A DNA stretch of 48,011 nucleotides from NCBI GenBank assembly GCA_015486615.1, contig WFRI01000051.1:1-48011 (forward strand), in the 5' to 3' direction. This document shows positions 1 to 7,685 of the stretch, in pieces. The position numbers were made by a program, and so were the translations under genes. The notes under the pieces were generated by a model, which was given only the letters and a program-made list of their open reading frames with translations, was not told the DNA's origin and ran no database searches. How positions within the stretch are numbered: position 1 is the stretch's first letter; each line of letters opens with the position of its first letter. This DNA comes from Candidatus Omnitrophota bacterium (GTDB lineage Bacteria; Omnitrophota; Gorgyraeia; Duberdicusellales; Duberdicusellaceae).

Positions 1-325
1 CTCTTAAAGACTCTTTCGCCCGCGAAAATCCCGCAAATATTATATCTTCTAATCTTTCTCTGTGTATTTCAAATTCGTCTATATGCCTGCCTATATCCTG
101 ACGAGAGTCCCTGCTTAAAATCATATCAGTAAATATTTTTCTGTCCTTAATAATATCGGTAAGTTTATGCCGGACTTGCTTTATAGTTCTGTAGGTATTT
201 TTGTCAGCAGTAGAAAATCTTAAGATATCTTCAATTGTCCTTAAGGCTTCTTTTGCCCGGTTATAGTTAGCATCGAGTATCCTTAAAATTACAGTTTGAG
301 TGTTGTTTTTACTCTTTTCTGCCAT
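1..325 (-). CDS. Thiamine-phosphate-synthase-like protein, N-terminal part only (ORF leaves the window at position 1)
   Basis: Not in the ORF track because it is open-ended. My minus-strand translation from the ATG at 325-323 reads MAEKSKNNTQTVILRILDANYNRAKEALRTIEDILRFSTADKNTYRTIKQVRHKL... The RILDANxNRAxExLRxxED pattern recalls the N-terminal extension of some ThiE-type enzymes. It overlaps the upstream gene stop by 17 nt. Confidence 0.4.
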   Translation of the reverse strand, partial: MAEKSKNNTQTVILRILDANYNRAKEALRTIEDILRFSTADKNTYRTIKQVRHKLTDIIKDRKIFTDMILSRDSRQDIGRHIDEFEIHRERLEDIIFAGFSRAKESLR

Positions 326-809
326 TTTTTTGAGTTTTAATTATTTTCTTTATTATATTCGTAGTAGAAAATCCTTTTTTAAGTTTTACCCGGGAGACTT
401 TGCCGCCGTTGTTTTTTACAATGTCATATCCTGCTATATCCTCTTTTTTCCAGTCTCCGCCTTTTACCAATACATTCGGTTTTATTCTTTTTATTAAGTT
501 TAAAGGGGTTAAATCTGAGAATGGGATAATGTAATCTACATACCCAATAGCAGAAAGTATAGATATGCGGGATTTTAAATCAAGCACCGGCCTGTTTCCA
601 CCTTTTATCTTCTTTATTGATTGGTCGGAATTAAGGCCTACAATAAGAATATCTCCTTTATTTTTTGCCTGTTTTAAAACTTCTATATGGCCGGGATGGA
701 TTAAGTCAAAACAGCCGTTGGTAAAGACTATTTTCTTTCTTTTATTTTTTAAAGTTTTAATTAGTTTCTCAAGGCTTTTTAAATTTAACAGTTTATCTTT
801 CATAGACAA
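309..809 (-). CDS. rfaE2: D-glycero-beta-D-manno-heptose 1-phosphate adenylyltransferase (standalone HldE domain II type)
   Basis: 166 aa with the cytidylyltransferase-fold motif FTNGCFDLIHPGH (HxGH). Matches the RfaE/HldE C-terminal domain overall and lies adjacent to gmhA. Confidence 0.85.
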   Translation of the reverse strand: MSMKDKLLNLKSLEKLIKTLKNKRKKIVFTNGCFDLIHPGHIEVLKQAKNKGDILIVGLNSDQSIKKIKGGNRPVLDLKSRISILSAIGYVDYIIPFSDLTPLNLIKRIKPNVLVKGGDWKKEDIAGYDIVKNNGGKVSRVKLKKGFSTTNIIKKIIKTQKNGRKE

Positions 810-822
810 TTCATTCAGGAAG

Positions 823-1389
823 TTAATCCGGAAATAAGGTCTGTTCTATTATTTCTGATATTATGTGAATAATTAAAATATGCATTTCTTGAATACGTGC
901 AGTATTTCCCGAAGGAATTACCAAAGAATAATCTGCTAAATCTTTAGCTTTTCCGCCATTCTTGCCCAGTAAAGCCAGTGTAATTATCCCTTGGGCTTGG
1001 GCAGCCTGAATGGCTTCTATCAAGTTTTGGGATTTGCCTGAGGTAGATAAAATTAATAGAGCGTCTTTTTCTCTGCCTAATGCCTGTACTTGTTGGGAAA
1101 ATACTTTGTCAAAGCCCAAATCGTTGCCTACAGCCGTAAGAATAGATGTGTCAGTAGTAAGGGCAATCGCCGGTATGGGCTGGCGGTCTTTTTTAAACCT
1201 GCCGACTAATTCTGCTGCCATATGCTGGCTGTCGGCTGCACTGCCTCCATTGCCGGCAATTAAGATTTTGCCTTTGTTCTTTAGTACGGAAATTAATGCC
1301 TGGCTGATTGTGTTTATTGACTCAATATAACCGGACAATTCCTGACATAGTTTTATATGTGCGGCAATACTGTTTTCTATACTTTGCAT
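823..1389 (-). CDS. gmhA: Phosphoheptose (sedoheptulose-7-phosphate) isomerase
   Basis: 188-aa SIS-domain protein with GNGGSAADSQHMAAELVGRF and LSTSGKSQN motifs typical of GmhA. Confidence 0.9.
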   Translation of the reverse strand: MQSIENSIAAHIKLCQELSGYIESINTISQALISVLKNKGKILIAGNGGSAADSQHMAAELVGRFKKDRQPIPAIALTTDTSILTAVGNDLGFDKVFSQQVQALGREKDALLILSTSGKSQNLIEAIQAAQAQGIITLALLGKNGGKAKDLADYSLVIPSGNTARIQEMHILIIHIISEIIEQTLFPD

Positions 1390-1401
1390 AAATAAACTTC
1401 C

Positions 1402-2427
1402 TCAGCCGAAAAATATTTTGGCTATTTCATAAAAGTTTTGGTTTACAGTTTTAAGTTCTGCTACTGCGTCTTGCAGGGGCACGTCTATTATTTCATTGCC
1501 TTTTAAAGAAGCCATACGGCCGAATTTTCCTTCTAGAACCAGCTGCATTGCTTTTATTCCATAGCGGGTGGCTAATATTCGGTCAAAAGATGTAGGGGAT
1601 CCTCCTCTTTGAATGTGGCCTAATACTGTTACCCGGGTTTCAAAGCCGGTATTTTTTTCTATTAAATCTCCTAAAATATGGCCTATACCGCCTAATTTAA
1701 TATGGCCGAAATCATCTACTTGTTGGTTTTGAGTTATTTCTTTTTCTTTAATCTTTGCGCCTTCAGCCACAACAACTATGCTGAAAGTTTTTCCTCTGCT
1801 ATGGCGTTTTTTCAGTATAGAGCAAACTTCATCTATGTCTATAGGTATTTCCGGTATAAGAATAACATCTGCTCCGCCGGCTATGCCTGAATATAAGGCT
1901 ATCCATCCGGCATGCCTGCCCATTACTTCCACAACAATAATTCTATGATGGCTTTCGGCAGTAGTATGCAGCCGGTCAATGCATTCTGTGACTATGTTTA
2001 CTGCTGTGTCGAAACCAAAGGTAAAATCCGTGGCATTTAAGTCGTTATCTATGGTTTTAGGCACTCCTACGATATTTAAACCCTGCTGGTAAAGTTTATT
2101 GGCAACACCTAAAGTGTCTTCTCCACCAATGGCAATTAGGGCGTCTAATCCCATTTCTTTAAAATTTTTTATGGCTGTCTCTGGACCGTTTTCCTGCTTA
2201 TAAATGTTGGTCCGGGATGTTCCTAAGATAGTGCCTCCTTTAGGAAGTATCCCGGATATAGAATCTAAAGTTAAAGGCTTAAAGGATTTTTCTAAAAGCC
2301 CGCGCCAGCCGTTCTGTATGCCTATTACCTGCCAGTTATTATTTAACGCTGTCCTTGTAGATGCTCTGATTACTGCGTTTAAACCCGGGCAGTCTCCTCC
2401 GCCGGTTAATATTGCTACTTTTGACAT
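1402..2427 (-). CDS. pfkA: 6-phosphofructokinase (PFK-A family; residue signature leans pyrophosphate-dependent)
   Basis: 341 aa with ILTGGGDCPGLNAVIRA, IGGEDT and VPKTIDNDL motifs of the PFK-A family. Confidence 0.85.
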   Translation of the reverse strand: MSKVAILTGGGDCPGLNAVIRASTRTALNNNWQVIGIQNGWRGLLEKSFKPLTLDSISGILPKGGTILGTSRTNIYKQENGPETAIKNFKEMGLDALIAIGGEDTLGVANKLYQQGLNIVGVPKTIDNDLNATDFTFGFDTAVNIVTECIDRLHTTAESHHRIIVVEVMGRHAGWIALYSGIAGGADVILIPEIPIDIDEVCSILKKRHSRGKTFSIVVVAEGAKIKEKEITQNQQVDDFGHIKLGGIGHILGDLIEKNTGFETRVTVLGHIQRGGSPTSFDRILATRYGIKAMQLVLEGKFGRMASLKGNEIIDVPLQDAVAELKTVNQNFYEIAKIFFG

Positions 2428-2454
2428 TGTTAAACCTCCTTCTTAAGTCTAATT

Positions 2455-3048
2455 TTAATACTGTCTATAAGGTATATTTGCATTCTCGTCTTCTATTTCT
2501 TGGAAGTTGTCTTTAATATGTTTTTTTGTGTCTAATAAGATTTTGCGGATATTTATTTTTATAATTATATCTTCTTCGATATTCAATATATTTTGGAGTT
2601 TGTCTTTTATTAAATTCTGCATTTTCGAAGTTATTTCCGGTATATTAGTCTCTGCCGAGAGTATAGTTTTTATTATTACAGTTACTCCTTTTTTAGAAGC
2701 GATTATCTGCGGCTTTATTTCCTTTATTTCCTCAATGTCCTTAAGAGTTTTTCTAATTACATCTTCTAAAGCGGCCAGAGTAATGCTTACTTCTCCTAAC
2801 GGTCTTTGAAAGGCTATATTTCTTTCTCTGCGTTTTCTGATTAAAGCGTATTCCACTGACCTTATATACAAGAGAATTATAAGCAGGCCGGATGATATTG
2901 TTGATATTTGCAGGTTAAGTGATGAATTTATTGTTTGTAATATATTGTTTATTACAGCGGGTGTTAAACTGCCAGTTCCTGCCAGTATTAAAACTAATCC
3001 TGCCGCTATAGATATGGTAAAATATGCCAGTTTAGCCAGAAAATTCAT
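2455..3048 (-). CDS. Membrane-anchored Asp23/AmaP-like alkaline-shock-family protein (tentative)
   Basis: 197 aa with two N-terminal hydrophobic helices. The C-terminal region (GEVSITLAALEDVIRKTL...GVTVIIKTIL...IIIKINIRKI) has the alternating beta pattern of Asp23/DUF322 domains. Confidence 0.4.
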   Translation of the reverse strand: MNFLAKLAYFTISIAAGLVLILAGTGSLTPAVINNILQTINSSLNLQISTISSGLLIILLYIRSVEYALIRKRRERNIAFQRPLGEVSITLAALEDVIRKTLKDIEEIKEIKPQIIASKKGVTVIIKTILSAETNIPEITSKMQNLIKDKLQNILNIEEDIIIKINIRKILLDTKKHIKDNFQEIEDENANIPYRQY

Positions 3049-3138
3049 AATTACCTCCTGTTTGTATTATTATTTTACAGAACTAAAATTAAAATCAAGG
3101 CGCAAAATTGTAATAAAATAACCAAGAACCAAACATTT

Positions 3139-3255
3139 AATGTCCAACGTCGAATGGCCAACGCCGGAGGCTGCCATTTAAAAAGCGCATCAGCGTTTTT
3201 TTAACACTTCGGGGGTGGAAAGAATTCCACCCCCGAAGTGGGTGCCGGTAAGAAA
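3139..3255 (+). repeat. Mosaic intergenic repeat, copy A
   Basis: AATGTCCAACGTCGAA box (3139-3154). A5-GCGC..GCG-T7 mini-palindrome (3180-3202). Perfect 16-bp stem CACTTCGGGGGTGGAA/TTCCACCCCCGAAGTG (3205-3220 / 3225-3240). Tail GGTGCCGGTAAGAAA (3241-3255). Confidence 0.8.
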
Positions 3256-3334
3256 ACATATCAAAGATCAAAAGGCAAAATGCAAAATTATAATATTTCT
3301 TGGATCTTTTTGAATTTTCATTTTTCATTTTGCC

Positions 3335-3363
3335 TGTCTGCCGGCAGGCAGACATTTTGATTT
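3335..3363 (+). terminator. Intrinsic-terminator-like hairpin readable on the plus strand only
   Basis: Stem TGTCTGCC / GGCAGACA with loop GGCA, followed by TTTTGATTT. No T-run follows it in the minus (gene) orientation. Confidence 0.35.
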
Positions 3364-3370
3364 AACTATA

Positions 3371-3389
3371 AGCACTCCGGTGCTTTTTT
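3371..3389 (+). terminator. Intrinsic-terminator-like hairpin readable on the plus strand only
   Basis: AGCAC-TCCG-GTGCT followed by TTTTTT. No A-run lies upstream, so it is not bidirectional. Confidence 0.35.
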
Positions 3390-3455
3390 AACAGTATCAA
3401 TCTGCTCCGCTGCAGGCGGAGTATTTAAGAATTTGCGGATCCAACCCGCAAGGCC

Positions 3456-4814
3456 TCATTCATTGCCTACCTCCGGGCCTGTATACCGGGTGAGAAAGCC
3501 GGTGTTATAATTGCCTTTTACGAAGTTTTCATCTGTCAATATTTTCTTATAAAGAGGGATAGTTGTTTTTAACGGTTCAACCATAAATTCGTCTAAACAC
3601 CTTTTAGCAATTTCTATTGCTGATTTGCGGGTTTTGTCTTTTACTATCATCTTTCCAATCATTGAGTCATAGTAAGGAGGGATTTTATATCCCTGATATG
3701 CGTGGGTGTCTATCCTTACGCCGAAACCTGCGGGCAGGTGGAGAAAATCAATAGTCCCCGGAGAGGGCAGAAAATTATTTTCCGGATCCTCAGCATTTAT
3801 ACGGAATTCTATTATATGACCGCGGGGTTTTACATCCTCTTGTTTAATATCTAATCTATCACCGGCTGCCAGTTTTATTTGGAGTTTTATCAAGTCTATT
3901 CCGGTAAGTTCTTCAGTTATTGTATGCTCTACCTGAATGCGGGTGTTCATTTCTATAAAATACAGTTTTCCTTCTTTATCCATTAAAAATTCCATAGTGC
4001 CTACATTTGAATAATTAATGGCTTTTGCGCCTTTTACCGCATAGTCGCATAACATCCGTCTTAGTTTTGCGTTCAATACCAAAGAAGGAGTTTCTTCAAT
4101 CAGTTTTTGATGCCTTCGTTGTATAGAGCATTCCCGTTCGAACAAGTAAATAATATTGCCGAAATTATCACCAGCAATCTGGATTTCTATGTGCCGGGGA
4201 TTTTCCAGGTATTTTTCGATATAGACACTGGAATTGCCAAAAGCGGTTTCTGCTTCAGACTGGGCTGTTATAAATGCACTAATGAGCCGTATATCGCTGT
4301 GGCAGATTCTCATGCCTCTGCCTCCGCCTCCGGCAGCGGCCTTGATTATAACCGGATAGCCTATTCTGTTAGCTATGTTTAAGGCTTCTTCTTTATTGTT
4401 TACCGGCTCTAAACTGCCGGGAATTACTGGTATGCCTTTTTTTTTCATTATTTTTCTGGCTTCTATTTTATTACCCATGGTCCGGATATTTTCTGCAGAA
4501 GGCCCGATAAATTTAATTCCACAGGATTCACATACTTCCGCAAAATGAGGGTTTTCAGCCAGAAATCCGTATCCTGGATGGATTGCGTCAGCATCGGTTA
4601 TTTCAGCCGCACTGATTATAGAAGAAATGTTTAAATAACTATTTTGGGGATTGGCTTCTCCTATGCATATTGCTTCGTCAGCAATTTGAACAGGCAGGGA
4701 ATCCCTGTCAGCTTCAGAGTAGGCAAGAGTTGTCCTTATTCCTAATTCCTTGCATGCCCGAATAATCCTTAGGGCTATCTCTCCCCGGTTGGCTATAAGA
4801 ATCTTTTTAAACAT
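3456..4814 (-). CDS. accC: Acetyl-CoA carboxylase, biotin carboxylase subunit
   Basis: 452 aa ATP-grasp enzyme with MFKKILIANRGEIALRIIRACKELGI and EMNTRIQVEHTITE; full-length match to the AccC architecture. Confidence 0.95.
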   Translation of the reverse strand: MFKKILIANRGEIALRIIRACKELGIRTTLAYSEADRDSLPVQIADEAICIGEANPQNSYLNISSIISAAEITDADAIHPGYGFLAENPHFAEVCESCGIKFIGPSAENIRTMGNKIEARKIMKKKGIPVIPGSLEPVNNKEEALNIANRIGYPVIIKAAAGGGGRGMRICHSDIRLISAFITAQSEAETAFGNSSVYIEKYLENPRHIEIQIAGDNFGNIIYLFERECSIQRRHQKLIEETPSLVLNAKLRRMLCDYAVKGAKAINYSNVGTMEFLMDKEGKLYFIEMNTRIQVEHTITEELTGIDLIKLQIKLAAGDRLDIKQEDVKPRGHIIEFRINAEDPENNFLPSPGTIDFLHLPAGFGVRIDTHAYQGYKIPPYYDSMIGKMIVKDKTRKSAIEIAKRCLDEFMVEPLKTTIPLYKKILTDENFVKGNYNTGFLTRYTGPEVGNE

Positions 4815-4817
4815 AAG

Positions 4818-5261
4818 TTATTTTACCAGAAACAAAACCTGGCCGTATTCTATAGGTTCTGCATTTTCCACTAAGATCTCTGCTATTTCTCCGTCAACTT
4901 CAGATTTTATTTCATTCATAAGTTTCATTGCTTCAATAATGCAGAGCACTTCGCCTTTTTTGATTTTTTTGCCGACTTCTACGTAAGGCTCAGCATCAGG
5001 GGCAGGCGCCCGGTAAAACGTCCCGACCATTGGAGATTTAATCTCAATCAGATTGTGAGTTTTGTCTTGATCTTTCTGTTGAGGCTGGTTCGGCTGATTA
5101 GGCTGCGGTATTTTCTGGTATGTTATTTCCGGCTGTGTTAACATTTTTGTCTCGGTTTTCCTTAACTTTATTTTTTTGCCTTCCTGCTCTATTTCTATCT
5201 CCGCTAAATTGCTTTCTTCCATTAACTTAATTATTTCTTTAATATCTTTTATATCCATCAT
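4818..5261 (-). CDS. accB: Acetyl-CoA carboxylase, biotin carboxyl carrier protein
   Basis: 147 aa with a P/Q-rich linker and a C-terminal biotinyl domain carrying EAMKLMNEI. A GGGAGG Shine-Dalgarno sits upstream, and the gene lies 3 nt upstream of accC. Confidence 0.9.
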   Translation of the reverse strand: MMDIKDIKEIIKLMEESNLAEIEIEQEGKKIKLRKTETKMLTQPEITYQKIPQPNQPNQPQQKDQDKTHNLIEIKSPMVGTFYRAPAPDAEPYVEVGKKIKKGEVLCIIEAMKLMNEIKSEVDGEIAEILVENAEPIEYGQVLFLVK

Positions 5262-5310
5262 TATCCTCCCGATTGAGTATCAATAACCATTTTCTTCCCA
5301 GCACTCTCCG

Positions 5311-5422
5311 ATGTCCAATGTCGAACGTCCAATGTTAGAAGTAAGAAGTGAGACGTTAGAAGTTAGAAGTGTCCACCCTCTAATCTTCAGCGTCTAATGT
5401 CCTGGATATTCGACTTTGGACG
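5311..5422 (+). repeat. Mosaic intergenic repeat, copy E
   Basis: ATGTCCAATGTCGAA (5311-5325). CGTCCAATGTTAGAAG follows. A 21-bp imperfect tandem pair rich in GTTAGAAG lies at 5334-5354 / 5355-5375. An inverted TTCGACTTTGGACG box lies at 5409-5422. Confidence 0.75.
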
Positions 5423-5462
5423 TTTTTTATAGAGCGCGCCGGCGTTTTTTAGGCGGGTTCCA

Positions 5463-6023
5463 TTATGCCCTTCCTAAATATTCTTTATTCGCGGTGTCTA
5501 TTTTAACAATATCACCAGGGTTTATAAATAAAGGGACTTGTATCTGGGCGCCGGTATCTAAAACAGCCGGTTTTAACCCGGCCCGGACACTGTCGCCTTT
5601 AATACCGGGTTCAGTATGCTTTACTTTTAATTCCAAAACAGCCGGCAGTTCTAAATTAATCAGACTGTTATCGTAGAAAATCCCGTTTAATTCAGTATTC
5701 TCTTTGAGCAAATCTGCAATATGTTCTATTTTATTTCTATCTAAAATAAAATCTTCAAATGTTTCCATATCCATAAAGTGGAAAAATCCACCGTCTTTGT
5801 AAGTATATTGCAGTTTGCGGCGTTCAATAAAGGCTTCTTCTACATTGTCAGAGTCCCTTAGGGTTTTTTCCAATACTATGCCAGTCTTTAAGTTTCTTAA
5901 TTTAGCCCGGCAGAAAGCAGAACCTCTGCCTAATTTGGCATGTTCGCATCTGACAACAATGAATAATTCGCCGCTTAAAGAAATGGTCAGACCGGGTTTT
6001 ATTGAGCCTATGTTAATCGGCAT
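5463..6023 (-). CDS. efp: Translation elongation factor P
   Basis: 186 aa. The segment HAKLGRGSAFCRAKLRNLKTG aligns with E. coli [21 protein letters not shown], and the length fits a three-domain EF-P. Confidence 0.95.
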   Translation of the reverse strand: MPINIGSIKPGLTISLSGELFIVVRCEHAKLGRGSAFCRAKLRNLKTGIVLEKTLRDSDNVEEAFIERRKLQYTYKDGGFFHFMDMETFEDFILDRNKIEHIADLLKENTELNGIFYDNSLINLELPAVLELKVKHTEPGIKGDSVRAGLKPAVLDTGAQIQVPLFINPGDIVKIDTANKEYLGRA

Positions 6024-7080
6024 CTAAGACCTCGCAGCCTTTGGCAGTAACTCTTATTACACTTTCATAACGTATTCCGAATTTTGACGGTATATATATA
6101 CCGGGTTCTACTGTAAAAACCATATTTTCCAATATTATTGAGTCATTATTCTTATTTATGAAAGGCTTTTCATGGACATTTAATCCAACGCCGTGGCCTA
6201 AAGAATGGCCGAAATATTTTCCATAACCGCATTTTTCAATGTAATTTCTTGCAGTTAAGTCTATGTCTTTTATTCTGACACCAGGCTTGATTTTTTCTAT
6301 CGCTTTGACACGGGCTGTTTTAACTACATTAAAAATCTTGGCAAATATAGAAGGCATTTTATCGGAAAACAAAACTCTTGTCAAGTCAGCACAATATCCC
6401 TGATATTTTGCCCCCATATCAATTAGTAATGGCTTGTTTGATACTATTTTTGCTTCCTGGGGGCTATAATGCGGCAGGGCTGAGTTTTTGCCAGCGGCTG
6501 TTATAATATTAAAGGCTATGGCATTGTCTCCTTTCAATTTTAGAAATCTTTCTATTTCAATTGAAAGCCTTTTTTCACTTATTCCCGGGTAAAGGATATC
6601 CCGGGCAAATTTAAATGCTTCCAGAGTTATCTCTACGGCTTTTTTTATTTTGGCAATTTCGGTTTTGTCTTTTACTGCCCGGATATTTGGTAAAGGGTCC
6701 TCTGAAACATTTAAAGATATTTTATATTCGGTAAACTTTTCCTTAAAAATATTGTATTCTGCCAGAGGCAGACTGCGGGCCTGCAGACAAATATTTTTTG
6801 CTCCTGTCCTTTTTATATTTTTGGCAATGTAATCGAAAATTCCTGAAGAATAGATTCTTAGGCTGATTTGAGGAATTTGTTTTGCCTGCAGATAATATCT
6901 GAAGTCAGTAAATAATATAGGGTTATTGTCAATGCTTACAAAAAGATAACCTTCTATTCCCTGTTCTCCGGTAAGATAAGTTATATCACTTTCAGAAGAT
7001 ATTAGAATTCCATCTATCCCTTTATTTTTTAACGCGGAAGTTAATTTGGCAATCCGCAAGGAAAAAAGTTTATTTTCCAT
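6013..7080 (-). CDS. Xaa-Pro aminopeptidase / M24B family metallopeptidase
   Basis: 355 aa with pita-bread fold metal-ligand motifs: DMGAKYQGYCADLTR, HSLGHGVGLNVHE and FTVEPGIY. Confidence 0.85.
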   Translation of the reverse strand: MENKLFSLRIAKLTSALKNKGIDGILISSESDITYLTGEQGIEGYLFVSIDNNPILFTDFRYYLQAKQIPQISLRIYSSGIFDYIAKNIKRTGAKNICLQARSLPLAEYNIFKEKFTEYKISLNVSEDPLPNIRAVKDKTEIAKIKKAVEITLEAFKFARDILYPGISEKRLSIEIERFLKLKGDNAIAFNIITAAGKNSALPHYSPQEAKIVSNKPLLIDMGAKYQGYCADLTRVLFSDKMPSIFAKIFNVVKTARVKAIEKIKPGVRIKDIDLTARNYIEKCGYGKYFGHSLGHGVGLNVHEKPFINKNNDSIILENMVFTVEPGIYIPSKFGIRYESVIRVTAKGCEVLDAD

Positions 7081-7525
7081 TTAGAATCTTCCTGGCAGCA
7101 TATAAAGCGAGAATATACCCCTGCAGTCCGAATCCCGATATTACTCCTATGCAGATATCCGAAATCAGGGACTTTTTGCGAAAATCCTCTCTTCTATGGA
7201 TATTGGACAAATGGACCTCTATCGCCGGTATATTTACCGCCAGCAAAGCGTCTCTTATTGCCACGCTTGTATGCGTGTAGGCCGCAGGGTTTATAATTAT
7301 TAGCGCGAATCTGTCCACAGCGGAATTTATCCTATCTACAATAGCACCTTCATGATTGGACTGAAAAAATACAATATCTAAGTTGGTTCTCTCTGCTTCT
7401 TTTTGCAGGATAGTTTTTAAATCAGAAAGTTTTTCCCTACCGTAAATTTCCGGCTGTCTTCTGCCTAATAAGTTTAAGTTGGGCCCGTTGATTATTAAGA
7501 TTTTCTTTCTACTGCTTTTGCGCAT
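7070..7525 (-). CDS. aroQ: 3-dehydroquinate dehydratase, type II
   Basis: Motifs ILIINGPNLNLLGRRQPEIYG, INPAAYTHTSVAIRDA and EVHLSNIHRRE. The track start at 7549 is a TTG, so I used the first ATG at 7525. Confidence 0.9.
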   Translation of the reverse strand: MRKSSRKKILIINGPNLNLLGRRQPEIYGREKLSDLKTILQKEAERTNLDIVFFQSNHEGAIVDRINSAVDRFALIIINPAAYTHTSVAIRDALLAVNIPAIEVHLSNIHRREDFRKKSLISDICIGVISGFGLQGYILALYAARKILNGK

Positions 7526-7685
7526 CTTTTTTACCTTCTGCTTCGTCAATTAACATAATTGGTATGTTATCTTTAATAGGATATTTAAGCCCGCATTTTA
7601 AGCAGACGATTTTTCCGTTTTCTTCTTTTACATCGCCTTTACAGGCAGGACAGGCAAGTATTTCTAAAAGTTCTTTATCTACCAT
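7509..7685 (-). CDS. Trm112/YcaR (UPF0434) family small zinc-ribbon-like protein
   Basis: 58 codons, below the track cut-off. My translation reads MVDKELLEILACPACKGDVKEENGKIVCLKCGLKYPIKDNIPIMLIDEAEGKKDAQKQ. It has the classic LACPxCKG...CxxCxxxYPIxDxIPxML pattern and a strong SD (AAGGAGGAGG) 4 nt upstream. Confidence 0.8.
   Translation of the reverse strand: MVDKELLEILACPACKGDVKEENGKIVCLKCGLKYPIKDNIPIMLIDEAEGKKDAQKQ

Noticed and set aside
3141-3182. The conserved box reads ATG-TCC-AAY-GTY on the plus strand (MSNV...), and the C/T differences between copies fall on third codon positions. This hints at plus-strand micro-ORFs: 13 codons at 3141, 5 at 16778, 28 at 5311 and about 50 at 34497.
   Set aside because: No SD precedes any copy. 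ORF lengths and downstream sequences are inconsistent. One copy is inverted, and there are too few substitutions to establish a codon pattern. Kept as a remote possibility only.
3137-3355. Minus-strand ORFs 3137..3355 (72 aa) and 16716..16907 (63 aa) share peptide similarity (YRHPLRGWNSFHPRSVK versus YRRPPRGWNKFHPRGVK), which could suggest a small conserved protein family.
   Set aside because: The similarity comes from the palindromic 16-bp-stem repeat and its flanks. The ORFs differ in length and ends, have no SD, start in repeat DNA, and the shared segment is a perfect hairpin. I treat them as non-coding repeats.
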